DNA of 32,114 nt. Origin: a virus. Lineage: Duplodnaviria; Caudoviricetes. The stretch spans positions 1 through 32,114 of the IMG/VR virus record IMGVR_UViG_3300037420_000387; one strand, 5' to 3'. Both the position numbers and the translations under genes were made by a program. Position 1 is the stretch's first letter, and each line of letters opens with the position of its first letter. The notes beneath the pieces are model-generated. The model ran no database searches, was not told the DNA's origin, and saw only the letters and a program-made list of their open reading frames with translations. Of the stretch, positions 9,515 to 17,333 are shown piece by piece.

Positions 9515-9787
9515 TTACTTCTGATTTTCTTTCAAACTTAATTCCTGGTACTTCTTATTGAATGCCGCCTCAACCTTGTTCATTCGCATCTTAATAAAAA
9601 ACTCATCGTAGGGCAGGTTCATTATTGCCCGCCATTTTAATACGTCTCCGCCGGCGAGGCTGTTTACCGAGTTGTAGAACCCGAATTCCGCAAATTTCGT
9701 AATACCCGCTCTCTTTTCAATCTCAGTCGGAACGCTACCCAAAAGCTCATTTTCTGTTGAAGCAAATTTGGAAATTGTAAAAAAAAA
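9515..9787 (-). CDS. -1 frame extension ('T' part) of a tail assembly chaperone-like protein
   Basis: This frame is open from the T9 run (FFTISKFASTENELLGSVPTEIEKRAG...LAGGDVLKW..LPY) and has no ATG near its 5' end. Confidence 0.7.
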   Translation of the reverse strand, partial: FFFTISKFASTENELLGSVPTEIEKRAGITKFAEFGFYNSVNSLAGGDVLKWRAIMNLPYDEFFIKMRMNKVEAAFNKKYQELSLKENQK

Positions 9788-10389
9788 TGACGCCCAACCG
9801 GCAGTGCCTCCTGCACTGAAAGTTTTAGCACTTCACTTTTGAATTCTTCTGCCTTTTGTTCAACGTAGGGTAGTCCTGTTGCCCTGCAATAAAAATAATG
9901 AGCCAGCACCGTAGCAATCGCATCCAATGACGGCTGAAAATTAGCTTTCCAGTTGTCTTCACCGAAAGCTTCTATGTGTTTATTGATCTCGTCCGCGATA
10001 ATGTCACGTGAGGCCAGAAACGCGCCAGCTGGTTCAACTGATAGATTGGTTGATACCTTGACCCTGTTTTCTTTTTTAAACCGGATGCCAAAGCGTTTAA
10101 CGTACTTAAACCCGAAGCTTACATACTCCGGCACTTTGTCGCCCTGATAACAATAGGTGATCTGGTGGGATAAGGAAAGAATCCGGTTCGTGAACTTATC
10201 CAATTCCAACTGTGAGATGTTAGCTAAGTCATCTTCCGGCACTCCTGAAAGTATGGCAAGCGGTTTTAGGTCGGATGCGTTTTCCAGTGATTGAATCTCG
10301 ATCAGCTGCCCAACGGTTAACTCATTGAGGTTTTCCGGTATCGTTACTTTTAGCTTTCCGGTTAGGGTGCGCAGTGTTTCAGTGTGCAT
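9664..10389 (-). CDS. Tail assembly chaperone-like protein ('G' part)
   Basis: IPENLNELTVGQ N-terminus; ...ALPVGRHFF at the slippery run; overlaps the downstream -1 ORF. Confidence 0.6.
   Translation of the reverse strand: MHTETLRTLTGKLKVTIPENLNELTVGQLIEIQSLENASDLKPLAILSGVPEDDLANISQLELDKFTNRILSLSHQITYCYQGDKVPEYVSFGFKYVKRFGIRFKKENRVKVSTNLSVEPAGAFLASRDIIADEINKHIEAFGEDNWKANFQPSLDAIATVLAHYFYCRATGLPYVEQKAEEFKSEVLKLSVQEALPVGRHFFLQFPNLLQQKMSFWVAFRLRLKRERVLRNLRNSGSTTR
9779..9787 (-). other. Slippery T9 run (T TTT TTT / T TTT TTA), candidate -1 frameshift site
   Basis: CAT TTT TTT TTA CAA in frame 0 becomes TTT TTT ACA ATT in the -1 frame. Confidence 0.7.
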
Positions 10390-10712
10390 AAGTGAATACA
10401 GGATTTGAGTTTTGTTATCAGTCTTTCTATATCTTCATTATCATAAACCGCAAAAAGCTGATCTTCATGAAATAAACCGTCTCTTTGAGTAGCTTCCTGA
10501 TCAAAACGAAATTCCGGCGTTGTTTCGTGATCCCATTCACAACACCCAAAACCTTCAATAAATCCGTATGGATAATCTACCACCCAATCATTATTCCAAG
10601 TTCCCGGTTCATTAACTTTTATTTCAAGTTCGCCAAACCAATCAGGTTCGTACTTATGATATAAAGTATTGGCCGGTAATTGAAGAAACGTTTCCCTGTT
10701 GACTATTTTCAT
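10362..10712 (-). CDS. Hypothetical protein between TerL and the chaperone-like gene
   Basis: ORF with ATG, acidic and aromatic. Confidence 0.75.
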   Translation of the reverse strand: MKIVNRETFLQLPANTLYHKYEPDWFGELEIKVNEPGTWNNDWVVDYPYGFIEGFGCCEWDHETTPEFRFDQEATQRDGLFHEDQLFAVYDNEDIERLITKLKSCIHLCTLKHCAP

Positions 10713-10749
10713 GTAACTAATTGATTAACGCTAATTTAAGTATAATATA

Positions 10750-12000
10750 CTATTTAACAAAGTCAAAATCTGTTTTTATTCTTTGGTTGCCCGTGTAGGG
10801 TAAGCTGGTTTTTGCTTTGCCAACGTTAGCTATTTTAAGCTTATTCAGAGCCACGTATCGTAACGGGTCAATTAGGTGGTTGTAAGCATCAATAGGCTTG
10901 TTCAACGTCTCTCCCGATCTGTTTTTATCCCAACAATACGACCGTAATTCTTTTATTAGATTAGTGCTGCGTTTCGTTACGTGCATCTTGTAACGCTGCA
11001 GGATATCTAACCCGTTTGTTATACTATCCTTGCCTTTCATTGACGGCTCAATGTTCCATCCAAGCCGGGAAAGTTCTTCTATACTTTTTGGTTCGGCGCT
11101 ATCTGCAACGATTGACCTGTTTTTGATAATCCCCGCACTAATCATTTTGGCTGAAATATCAGCATTGGTCAACCCGGTTTCGTAGATTAATTCATTTATC
11201 CAAAGCTCGCCGTTGTGTTTGTAGACTTCAACTAAACCTGTTTCGTCGTTTGTAAAACCAAAGTCAAGGCCATAAGCGATAAACTTGGCATCTACAGGTA
11301 TCTGATCGCACAGTTCCCAATTGGAAAGAATAACACCTTGAAGTGATCCCAACAATCCCAGACCGTAAACCTTCCACCAATTTGCCCAATAATCGGACGT
11401 TTCTGCTTTATCCCTGGCTTTCTCGATCTCCTTTACGATAGATTCAGCTAACGCCTCGTTATCTTTGTAGGTTAACGTACACCATTCACAATCTTCATCG
11501 GCCGTAAGCTCTGTATAGGCCCAGAATTCATTCGATGGGTTAAAGTCCAACCATATTTCACGGTCGGTACGGATGGCTAACTGATGATAGGTGTCAAACT
11601 GGATATTATTACACTCGTTGATGTAGAGGATATTCCTTCGCGGGCCGCGCACCTTTTCTTCCTGGTCGGCGCTAAAGAACTCGATATAACTATGATTAGC
11701 AAATGTATATGTAAGCAGGGTTTTATTGTAATGCTTGTCGATATATCGCCCTGTGGCTTTCATGATCTTTAGAAAGTCCTTCAGTGCGCCCTTTCGCAGA
11801 TGTGGAACTGATTCAGAAACTACCGATATTTCGGTTAATGGATTATTTATAGCCTTATCAATTAAGATCGGAAGTATACCATATGTTTTGCCCGCACTGG
11901 TTCCACCTGGTATTACTTTGATGCGCTTTTTTAGCTTCTGCATCTTTTGTATACCAGTAGTGTAGGTAAAACCTTCAATCTTCTGAATCTTCTTTTCCAA
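10750..12000 (-). CDS. terL: Terminase large subunit (PBSX/Terminase_3 family)
   Basis: Walker A GGTSAGKT, Walker B LYINEC, DFNP, nuclease motifs GLDFG, ADSAEP, NHLIDPLRY; exact start uncertain. Confidence 0.95.
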   Translation of the reverse strand: MEKKIQKIEGFTYTTGIQKMQKLKKRIKVIPGGTSAGKTYGILPILIDKAINNPLTEISVVSESVPHLRKGALKDFLKIMKATGRYIDKHYNKTLLTYTFANHSYIEFFSADQEEKVRGPRRNILYINECNNIQFDTYHQLAIRTDREIWLDFNPSNEFWAYTELTADEDCEWCTLTYKDNEALAESIVKEIEKARDKAETSDYWANWWKVYGLGLLGSLQGVILSNWELCDQIPVDAKFIAYGLDFGFTNDETGLVEVYKHNGELWINELIYETGLTNADISAKMISAGIIKNRSIVADSAEPKSIEELSRLGWNIEPSMKGKDSITNGLDILQRYKMHVTKRSTNLIKELRSYCWDKNRSGETLNKPIDAYNHLIDPLRYVALNKLKIANVGKAKTSLPYTGNQRIKTDFDFVK

Positions 12001-12415
12001 AGAGCGGTTGTTCTATTTTAACGTTGGTATCAACTTGGGAATTTTCCTTTAATCCCAATTCGCGGGCTATAAAGTTGTCTTTTAAGATGCCAATTGCGGC
12101 AAGTTCAAACTTCTGCTGATATATCGTATCCTCTATATCTTGTATGATAGTAGAGAAATCATTTGAACAAACCTCTTTGAATTGCCGAAAATAGGCTGTA
12201 TTACAGCGTAAATAAAGACATAAGCCTTGCATTGTGAACGGTCGTTGAATCTTTTGCTTACCACCAAATGAACGGGTATCTGTTATAGGATTATCTTCGC
12301 ACCATTGGAAATATTCACAGGCGGCCTTCCAAAGTAGTTCAGGTGTGGCAAAGAGTTTATCCCTTCCATGCTTTGATCGTAGCTTCCAAAATTGATTCCC
12401 CGCGGGCGCTCCCAT
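11975..12415 (-). CDS. terS: Terminase small subunit (P22 gp3-like)
   Basis: MGAPAGNQFWKLRSKHGR..FATPELLWKAACEYFQW and NFIARELGL; start revised to ATG 12415. Confidence 0.92.
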   Translation of the reverse strand: MGAPAGNQFWKLRSKHGRDKLFATPELLWKAACEYFQWCEDNPITDTRSFGGKQKIQRPFTMQGLCLYLRCNTAYFRQFKEVCSNDFSTIIQDIEDTIYQQKFELAAIGILKDNFIARELGLKENSQVDTNVKIEQPLFGKEDSED

Positions 12416-12421
12416 AATGAG

Positions 12422-12453
12422 TAAAATTACCAAATATTATTTACACTCCCAAA
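12422..12453 (-). promoter_or_regulatory. Putative late promoter for terS
   Basis: TTTG-N20-TAATTTTA, one mismatch from the Bacteroidota TTTG-N19-21-TAnnTTTG consensus. Confidence 0.5.
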
Positions 12454-12462
12454 ATGATTTTT

Positions 12463-12487
12463 ATTTATGAATTTTATTCGGAATTTT
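12463..12487. repeat. Single-unit copy C of the dispersed motif
   Basis: 21/25 identity to 9051-9075. Confidence 0.6.
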
Positions 12488-12656
12488 ATTTTTCCTTTTC
12501 GGGTGGTTTAACTTCGACAAAGTAATCGCATTTCTTTTCCCCTTTCGGCGGCGCGAAGTCTGCGTAACTCTGATAAAGCCCTGGAGTAGCTTTGTATCTA
12601 AAGCAATCTTCTTTTGAAGGGCATGAATGATTACTACACATTGATATGTCTGGCAT
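12486..12656 (-). CDS. 56-aa Cys-rich phage protein (missed by ORF track)
   Basis: MPDISMCSNHSCPSKEDCFRYKATPGLYQSYADF...KCDYF, a common small phage protein pattern. Confidence 0.8.
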   Translation of the reverse strand: MPDISMCSNHSCPSKEDCFRYKATPGLYQSYADFAPPKGEKKCDYFVEVKPPEKEK

Positions 12657-12669
12657 GGCTTTAAAGGTT

Positions 12670-12849
12670 TTACTTTATCAAAATATAAAATATCTCGCCG
12701 TCGGTCTTGCCCGTTTTGAATACTCCACTTTGCACCGCCATTTCGCAGAGCGTCCGCGCCTTTATCCTGGTTAATCCGAATACCCGGCAAATATCATCCA
12801 CTGTTATGAACTCAGGGTTTAGCTCTTTTATTTTATCGAAGGCATTCAT
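12670..12849 (-). CDS. 59-aa winged-HTH-like protein (missed by ORF track)
   Basis: MNAFDKIKELNPEFITVDDICRVFGLTRIKARTLCEMAVQSGVFK...; ATGA overlap with the upstream gene. Confidence 0.7.
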   Translation of the reverse strand: MNAFDKIKELNPEFITVDDICRVFGLTRIKARTLCEMAVQSGVFKTGKTDGEIFYILIK

Positions 12850-13223
12850 AGGTTTACTGTTAGTTCTGATCCGGTTAATGCGAAGTAGAGGTTTTGTAGT
12901 TGGTGAAGGTATTTAATACTTACTCCGAATCGCTCTGTGCCGTAAAGTAGTCGCAAATCATCGATGCCAGATTGTTCCTCAAGTTGAAAGTCAAATCCAT
13001 TCTTTTGAAATTTACTTCGATATTCAAGATATTCAAACCCTGCCTTCTCCATTATATCAAGGGTTAAATGGATTGGTTGTAATTCATTGCATTCAGTTTC
13101 AGGGTCCCAAAAGTCAGGCTGGGTGAGTAGCACTACATTGCCGCCTACCTGAGCTATTATTGATTTCCTTCCCTGATGGTTAAGCACAAAGTTTCCAATT
13201 CTCAACTCGTTTTGACTTATCAT
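12846..13223 (-). CDS. Conserved Bacteroidota phage protein (YopX-like)
   Basis: ELRIGN, PIHLT..I.EK.GF, IKYLHQLQNLYFALTG motifs. Confidence 0.8.
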   Translation of the reverse strand: MISQNELRIGNFVLNHQGRKSIIAQVGGNVVLLTQPDFWDPETECNELQPIHLTLDIMEKAGFEYLEYRSKFQKNGFDFQLEEQSGIDDLRLLYGTERFGVSIKYLHQLQNLYFALTGSELTVNL

Positions 13224-13330
13224 TCCTTTTTGTTTAAGCTGTTAATACACTTTTATTGCGAGATTTTTTATCCAGCGCGTGACGAAAGTTGCCTCGTCAT
13301 AATTTATCAGGCGATTTTTTGCCATTTTAA

Positions 13331-13579
13331 TAAAAAACAAATGGGCGGTAACTCTCCCGTTGGCCTCTCGGCTGTTGGTGTCTGCCAACTCCGCCACCTA
13401 CTGTTTCCCGGCAACCCGGACTGATCATGAAGCTTATAGCCTCGGAACTGTTGCTGCGCTATCAGAAGGGCTCTTATGTGCCGTAGCTATCGGACTCCAA
13501 ATTTCGGCGATTATCGCTGGCTTCATCTTTTATCGGCCAGCTACGCTTCGTCCCCCAGCGGTACTTCATTTGTTTTTTA
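13331..13579 (-). ncRNA. Candidate structured RNA (or MITE-like element) closed by a perfect 13-bp inverted repeat
   Basis: TAAAAAACAAATG / CATTTGTTTTTTA flanking a GC-richer interior with several hairpins. Confidence 0.5.
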
Positions 13580-13608
13580 GTCTTTCAATATAATAATATT
13601 ACCTCAAA

Positions 13609-13953
13609 TTATTCCAATCCTAAGAATGTTTGATGTTTTTCAAGCATATCAGATAGCTCCTCATCTGTTATATCCTTTGGCTCTTTGCGTGTGAAATAAT
13701 CATCGCCTACCGTGTTGTAAAACAGTTTACGGGTGTCCTCGACTAAATCCAAGTACATCTTACGCTTTTTCTCAAACCGCTCATTGACAGTGATCATTCT
13801 TTTTAGCAGATCAATATTCTTTTGGGAGATAGCATCAGAAAGCTCTTTATATTGTTCAAAAGATAGCGTTAGAGTTGCGCCGTCGGTAATTTGAATGTGA
13901 ATAGAATCCAAAGCAGGCTGCCCGTTTAAATATTCAGCGTTAGTAATTTTCAT
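13609..13953 (-). CDS. Hypothetical protein
   Basis: ORF in operon orientation. Confidence 0.7.
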   Translation of the reverse strand: MKITNAEYLNGQPALDSIHIQITDGATLTLSFEQYKELSDAISQKNIDLLKRMITVNERFEKKRKMYLDLVEDTRKLFYNTVGDDYFTRKEPKDITDEELSDMLEKHQTFLGLE

Positions 13954-13977
13954 GTTATTTACTTAAATATAAGCATT

Positions 13978-14505
13978 TTAGTGTTTATTTACGATAGCTT
14001 TTTTAATTAATTCTATAGTTTCTGCCGTTAAAAGCTGGCTCGGGGTGACCTGTATCAAATACCACCCGTTTGCAGTTAAAAGGTTAAGCTTAGCCATGTC
14101 CCGACTGATCCCCTTTCCTGAGCTGTGACCGCTTAAACCTTTTTTCCAGATCCCGCCCTGACATTCGACTGCAACCTTGACCGAGGGCAGGGCGTAGTCA
14201 AGTTTATAGCCTTTCTCTTGACTAAAACGATATTCCGGCCATACCTCTATCTTTAACTCAATTTCAAGCAGCCTGGTAAACTGATCACAGTGCTTTGCTT
14301 TGTTTGCTATGTTTAAATGATCGTTGGTATCATAAGTCCTTTTTAAGCCCTTAGAACGATTTTGTTTCTTTTTGGTACTATGTGCCGTCTGATCCTGTAA
14401 TCGTTTAGCCTCGTTTGAATTTGGCGGGTAATAGGTGCCGTTATGCTCCTGCCATCCACGATCAATGCAGTCTTTTATTATTGCCTTTGCCTGGGCGGTC
14501 TTCAT
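13978..14505 (-). CDS. PD-(D/E)xK endonuclease (DUF559/Vsr-like)
   Basis: EYRF, LDYALP, VAVECQGG, GH, RDMAKLN...GW motifs. Confidence 0.8.
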   Translation of the reverse strand: MKTAQAKAIIKDCIDRGWQEHNGTYYPPNSNEAKRLQDQTAHSTKKKQNRSKGLKRTYDTNDHLNIANKAKHCDQFTRLLEIELKIEVWPEYRFSQEKGYKLDYALPSVKVAVECQGGIWKKGLSGHSSGKGISRDMAKLNLLTANGWYLIQVTPSQLLTAETIELIKKAIVNKH

Positions 14506-14506
14506 T

Positions 14507-15049
14507 TTACTTTTTTATACTGTTCAAGGCTTCGTCTACGCAGTCTCTTAGCTTCATAAGATCAACTCTGATGTGATCGGCAACTCCGTTTTTGGTATGC
14601 TCCAATATGTAAATTTTATTTTGCGCATATTCCAACGCCTTAGTCAACCTTTCGATGGTGGTGGATTGGGCGGAGGCATATACTTCCATACACTTAACCA
14701 GTGTAGCCCGTTGCCGTTCGGTAAAGTTTGCCCACGATGCAGGATATTGTTTCCAATAAAAGCTACTAAGGATTTCCTCCGCCGTACCTGTTACTGCCAT
14801 CTGCTGTTTTTGCCATTGTACACCTGCTATGAAATAGTCTGTTAATAGCGTTTTGGCTAATGGGTTGCTTTTCTGAAACTCTTTTGCCGCTTCATCTACA
14901 TCGGCTGTTACTAGTGGGGACTCGCGGTCAAGGTTGTAGGCCATATCCATTAGGTTCATTGTGCTGTTATAAAACTCCTTTACCGTAATGGGATAACGCT
15001 CTTTAGCTAATTCCTCAAATCGCTTGTATAACTCTTGTTTCTTTTCCAT
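14507..15049 (-). CDS. Hypothetical accessory protein
   Basis: ORF tiles the operon; FIAGVQWQ motif of phage accessory proteins. Confidence 0.7.
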   Translation of the reverse strand: MEKKQELYKRFEELAKERYPITVKEFYNSTMNLMDMAYNLDRESPLVTADVDEAAKEFQKSNPLAKTLLTDYFIAGVQWQKQQMAVTGTAEEILSSFYWKQYPASWANFTERQRATLVKCMEVYASAQSTTIERLTKALEYAQNKIYILEHTKNGVADHIRVDLMKLRDCVDEALNSIKK

Positions 15050-15064
15050 GTTAGGGGGTGGGGA

Positions 15065-15280
15065 TTAAATCCAAACTTCGAGTAGGCAATTATCGTCATC
15101 TGCTGACCTGCCCAAGTTGACAAACGTCTCAGGTATACTTTTCCTTGCTTCTGATAAGGTATCTGTCACGCAAGATGGTTCATCTTCTGGAATAACTTGA
15201 CCGTTTTTAATTTCAAATCCTCTCACAACAAATTTACCGGGATAGTCCGTCGGGCTTTTGTAAACAGCATATTGTTTCAT
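15065..15280 (-). CDS. Hypothetical phage protein
   Basis: VYKSPTDYPGKFVVR...DD..LLEVW. Confidence 0.75.
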   Translation of the reverse strand: MKQYAVYKSPTDYPGKFVVRGFEIKNGQVIPEDEPSCVTDTLSEARKSIPETFVNLGRSADDDNCLLEVWI

Positions 15281-15383
15281 ATCATTTTTCCTTTAAGTGT
15301 TACTTTTTATTGGGTGGTTAAAATGGCAATTCGTGTATCCAATCATGGAGTACTGATTCTATTGGTTGTGTTTTCATATCCTT

Positions 15384-15719
15384 TTACTTTGCTGTTGGGG
15401 TTAATAATCTCTTGCGTTTAGGTTCATTGGCATTGCCGGGGAAACATATATCACGGCTTATAATTTCAGTATACCCACAATAGCCGGTTTCGTCTGACGC
15501 CGCCCTAAGATTATATGATTGCTTGCCTAATAATATTTTAGCAGGGTCAAATGAAGTCCCTGAATGAATAGCAACCCATCCCCAATCAGGCAACAAATAC
15601 GCTATCTTCCACATGTAGTAATTCCGCTTTCGGCTTCTGAAATGAGGAACTTTAAGGATGTCTCCATTTCGGATTTCCCAACCGTTCTTGTCGTAATATG
15701 TATCGATTTTGTCTTTCAT
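15384..15719 (-). CDS. Hypothetical protein with a YopX-like motif
   Basis: DKNGWEIRNGDILK. Confidence 0.65.
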   Translation of the reverse strand: MKDKIDTYYDKNGWEIRNGDILKVPHFRSRKRNYYMWKIAYLLPDWGWVAIHSGTSFDPAKILLGKQSYNLRAASDETGYCGYTEIISRDICFPGNANEPKRKRLLTPTAK

Positions 15720-15751
15720 ACTTCTTTCTCCATTTTAACCCACCCTAAACA

Positions 15752-15976
15752 TTAAGCAACAAGTCGTTGCAATGGATGAGTTAGGGGTGAATTGTGATTT
15801 AACTCTGATACTTTCGAACCGCACTTAGGACAATACCAGTAATAAAACCACCTACCAAAGTCAGTATCTCTAATGCGTTTACACTCTGATAAATCGCCTG
15901 TCCAATCGCATTGAACTAATTGTGTAGTCGATGGGCATTTTGAAATTATATATCCCGTTTTTGTTGGTGTGTTCAT
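15752..15976 (-). CDS. Small zinc-ribbon protein
   Basis: C..CDWTG and CPKCG. Confidence 0.65.
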   Translation of the reverse strand: MNTPTKTGYIISKCPSTTQLVQCDWTGDLSECKRIRDTDFGRWFYYWYCPKCGSKVSELNHNSPLTHPLQRLVA

Positions 15977-15985
15977 TGGGTGGGG

Positions 15986-16243
15986 TTATTTTATGAATTG
16001 TTCGATGTCCACTTTGTTGATTTCAGTTATGCCACGCTTGATACCTTGTTGAAACAGATCGTCATCGGTAGTTTCAGGATGCTCTATATAGTCAGCTATT
16101 GCCGCTCCACATTCTATTTTCACCGCTTCAGCTACTTGCCGGGCGTATTCCTGCATGGCTTCAATAGTTAATGGCCTTTTACTGATAGCTTCTTCTTCGG
16201 TGTATTTTAATTTTGAAGCTATAATTTGTGCTGCTGTTTTCAT
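15986..16243 (-). CDS. Hypothetical protein
   Basis: ORF tiles the operon. Confidence 0.7.
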   Translation of the reverse strand: MKTAAQIIASKLKYTEEEAISKRPLTIEAMQEYARQVAEAVKIECGAAIADYIEHPETTDDDLFQQGIKRGITEINKVDIEQFIK

Positions 16244-16247
16244 GGTA

Positions 16248-16442
16248 TTACTTTATAGGGTGATTTAATTTCTCACAATCAGAAGCCGCTATAAACATGA
16301 AGGGCTGTCCCTGGTCTATTGCCACGCACCTATCACCAAAATTATCTATCTGTTTGGTAACGATAAATCTTTGACCTCTGTAATCTGAGTACTTTTTACC
16401 GTTTGGAATGGTCGGATTTATTCGAATTTCAAGTACTTTCAT
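16248..16442 (-). CDS. Hypothetical protein (start revised to MKVLEIR)
   Basis: ATG 16442 with A-rich leader avoids a large overlap. Confidence 0.55.
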   Translation of the reverse strand: MKVLEIRINPTIPNGKKYSDYRGQRFIVTKQIDNFGDRCVAIDQGQPFMFIAASDCEKLNHPIK

Positions 16443-16473
16443 ATCTTTTTTGGTTTTATCCCTTGAGAGGGGG

Positions 16474-16668
16474 TTAATCTTCATCTTTTTCAGGGAAATC
16501 ATCATTACCTGCAAATTCTTCGTCTTGAAGGTCTGCCGATACAAAACTGCTACACATTTCTGCAATATCCGCTTTGGTTACCTTATGATTTTTAGGATAG
16601 CCATAGTAATTTCGGTAGCAAGTTTTTAGCGTTTCGAAATCCTGATCTGTTTCAATTGTTATTTTCAT
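16474..16668 (-). CDS. Hypothetical protein
   Basis: ORF tiles the operon. Confidence 0.65.
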   Translation of the reverse strand: MKITIETDQDFETLKTCYRNYYGYPKNHKVTKADIAEMCSSFVSADLQDEEFAGNDDFPEKDED

Positions 16669-16695
16669 TTTTCTCCCCCTTTTAATTATTGTTAC

Positions 16696-17052
16696 CTATG
16701 CTACTACCTCTAAAGTTGCTGATTTGTGGATGTCGGAGATGTTGATTTTATCAATGATTTTATCGGGAACTTCTATGACAAATTCTATTTCAGGCAACCC
16801 AAGTCTTGCTTTAGGTCTATCTGATAAGTCATCAAATTCTTTTATAAATTCTTGCGCCACTTCTGGTAACGGTATGGGTTTCGTAATTAGATCAATTCCC
16901 ATAGGATATAAATTCCATGCATGAGTTTCGCTATCCGGGAAAATATCCCTTACCGCTAAGGCTATTGCGCAATTTTTAAAAACATCTTTATCTCTTTTAC
17001 ACCACATCGCCTTGCGAATGATGTCTTTGGTTACTTTGATTTTAAGCTTCAT
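16696..17052 (-). CDS. Hypothetical phage protein
   Basis: IKVTKDII..CAIALA..LP.VA..FI..FD pattern. Confidence 0.75.
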   Translation of the reverse strand: MKLKIKVTKDIIRKAMWCKRDKDVFKNCAIALAVRDIFPDSETHAWNLYPMGIDLITKPIPLPEVAQEFIKEFDDLSDRPKARLGLPEIEFVIEVPDKIIDKINISDIHKSATLEVVA

Positions 17053-17104
17053 AATTTTGGTCTGTTGTTACCTATTGAATAGGATGTGGTTAAACTGATT
17101 TTAA

Positions 17105-17296
17105 TTATTCGGTATCAATAATGGTGCTATCAAGATATCTGTAAGCATTGTTTTCGTCTCTAAAATACATTTCTGACGGATCGTCTTGCTTTAACTCACA
17201 CCAAGTCGAATGAAATAGAACGTGAGTTTTTTCGTCATTTACTTGGAACGACTTGCCACCTATATGGCACATATAATTTTTAGTTACTTTCATCAT
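17105..17296 (-). CDS. Hypothetical protein
   Basis: ORF in operon orientation. Confidence 0.6.
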   Translation of the reverse strand: MMKVTKNYMCHIGGKSFQVNDEKTHVLFHSTWCELKQDDPSEMYFRDENNAYRYLDSTIIDTE

Positions 17297-17333
17297 CTTT
17301 GGTGTTTTACTGTTTTATATTGATTGGGGGGTT

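Noticed and set aside
11943-12000. TerS-TerL frameshift fusion (terL has no ATG before FTYTTG)
   Set aside because: No clear slippery site; a TTG at 12000 or ATG at 11943 explains it
12461-12790. 109-aa minus ORF in the track
   Set aside because: TTG start; two better ATG-started ORFs in other frames tile the same interval
13375-13400. tRNA-Leu gene
   Set aside because: Only a D-arm-like string; no anticodon arm, TTCGA loop or matching acceptor stem
13331-13579. Hammerhead ribozyme
   Set aside because: CTGAT is present but no CUGAnGA core with matching stems was found by eye
13176-13593. Plus ORFs 13176-13424 and 13360-13593
   Set aside because: Antisense to the operon with weak starts; the region is better explained as structured non-coding sequence
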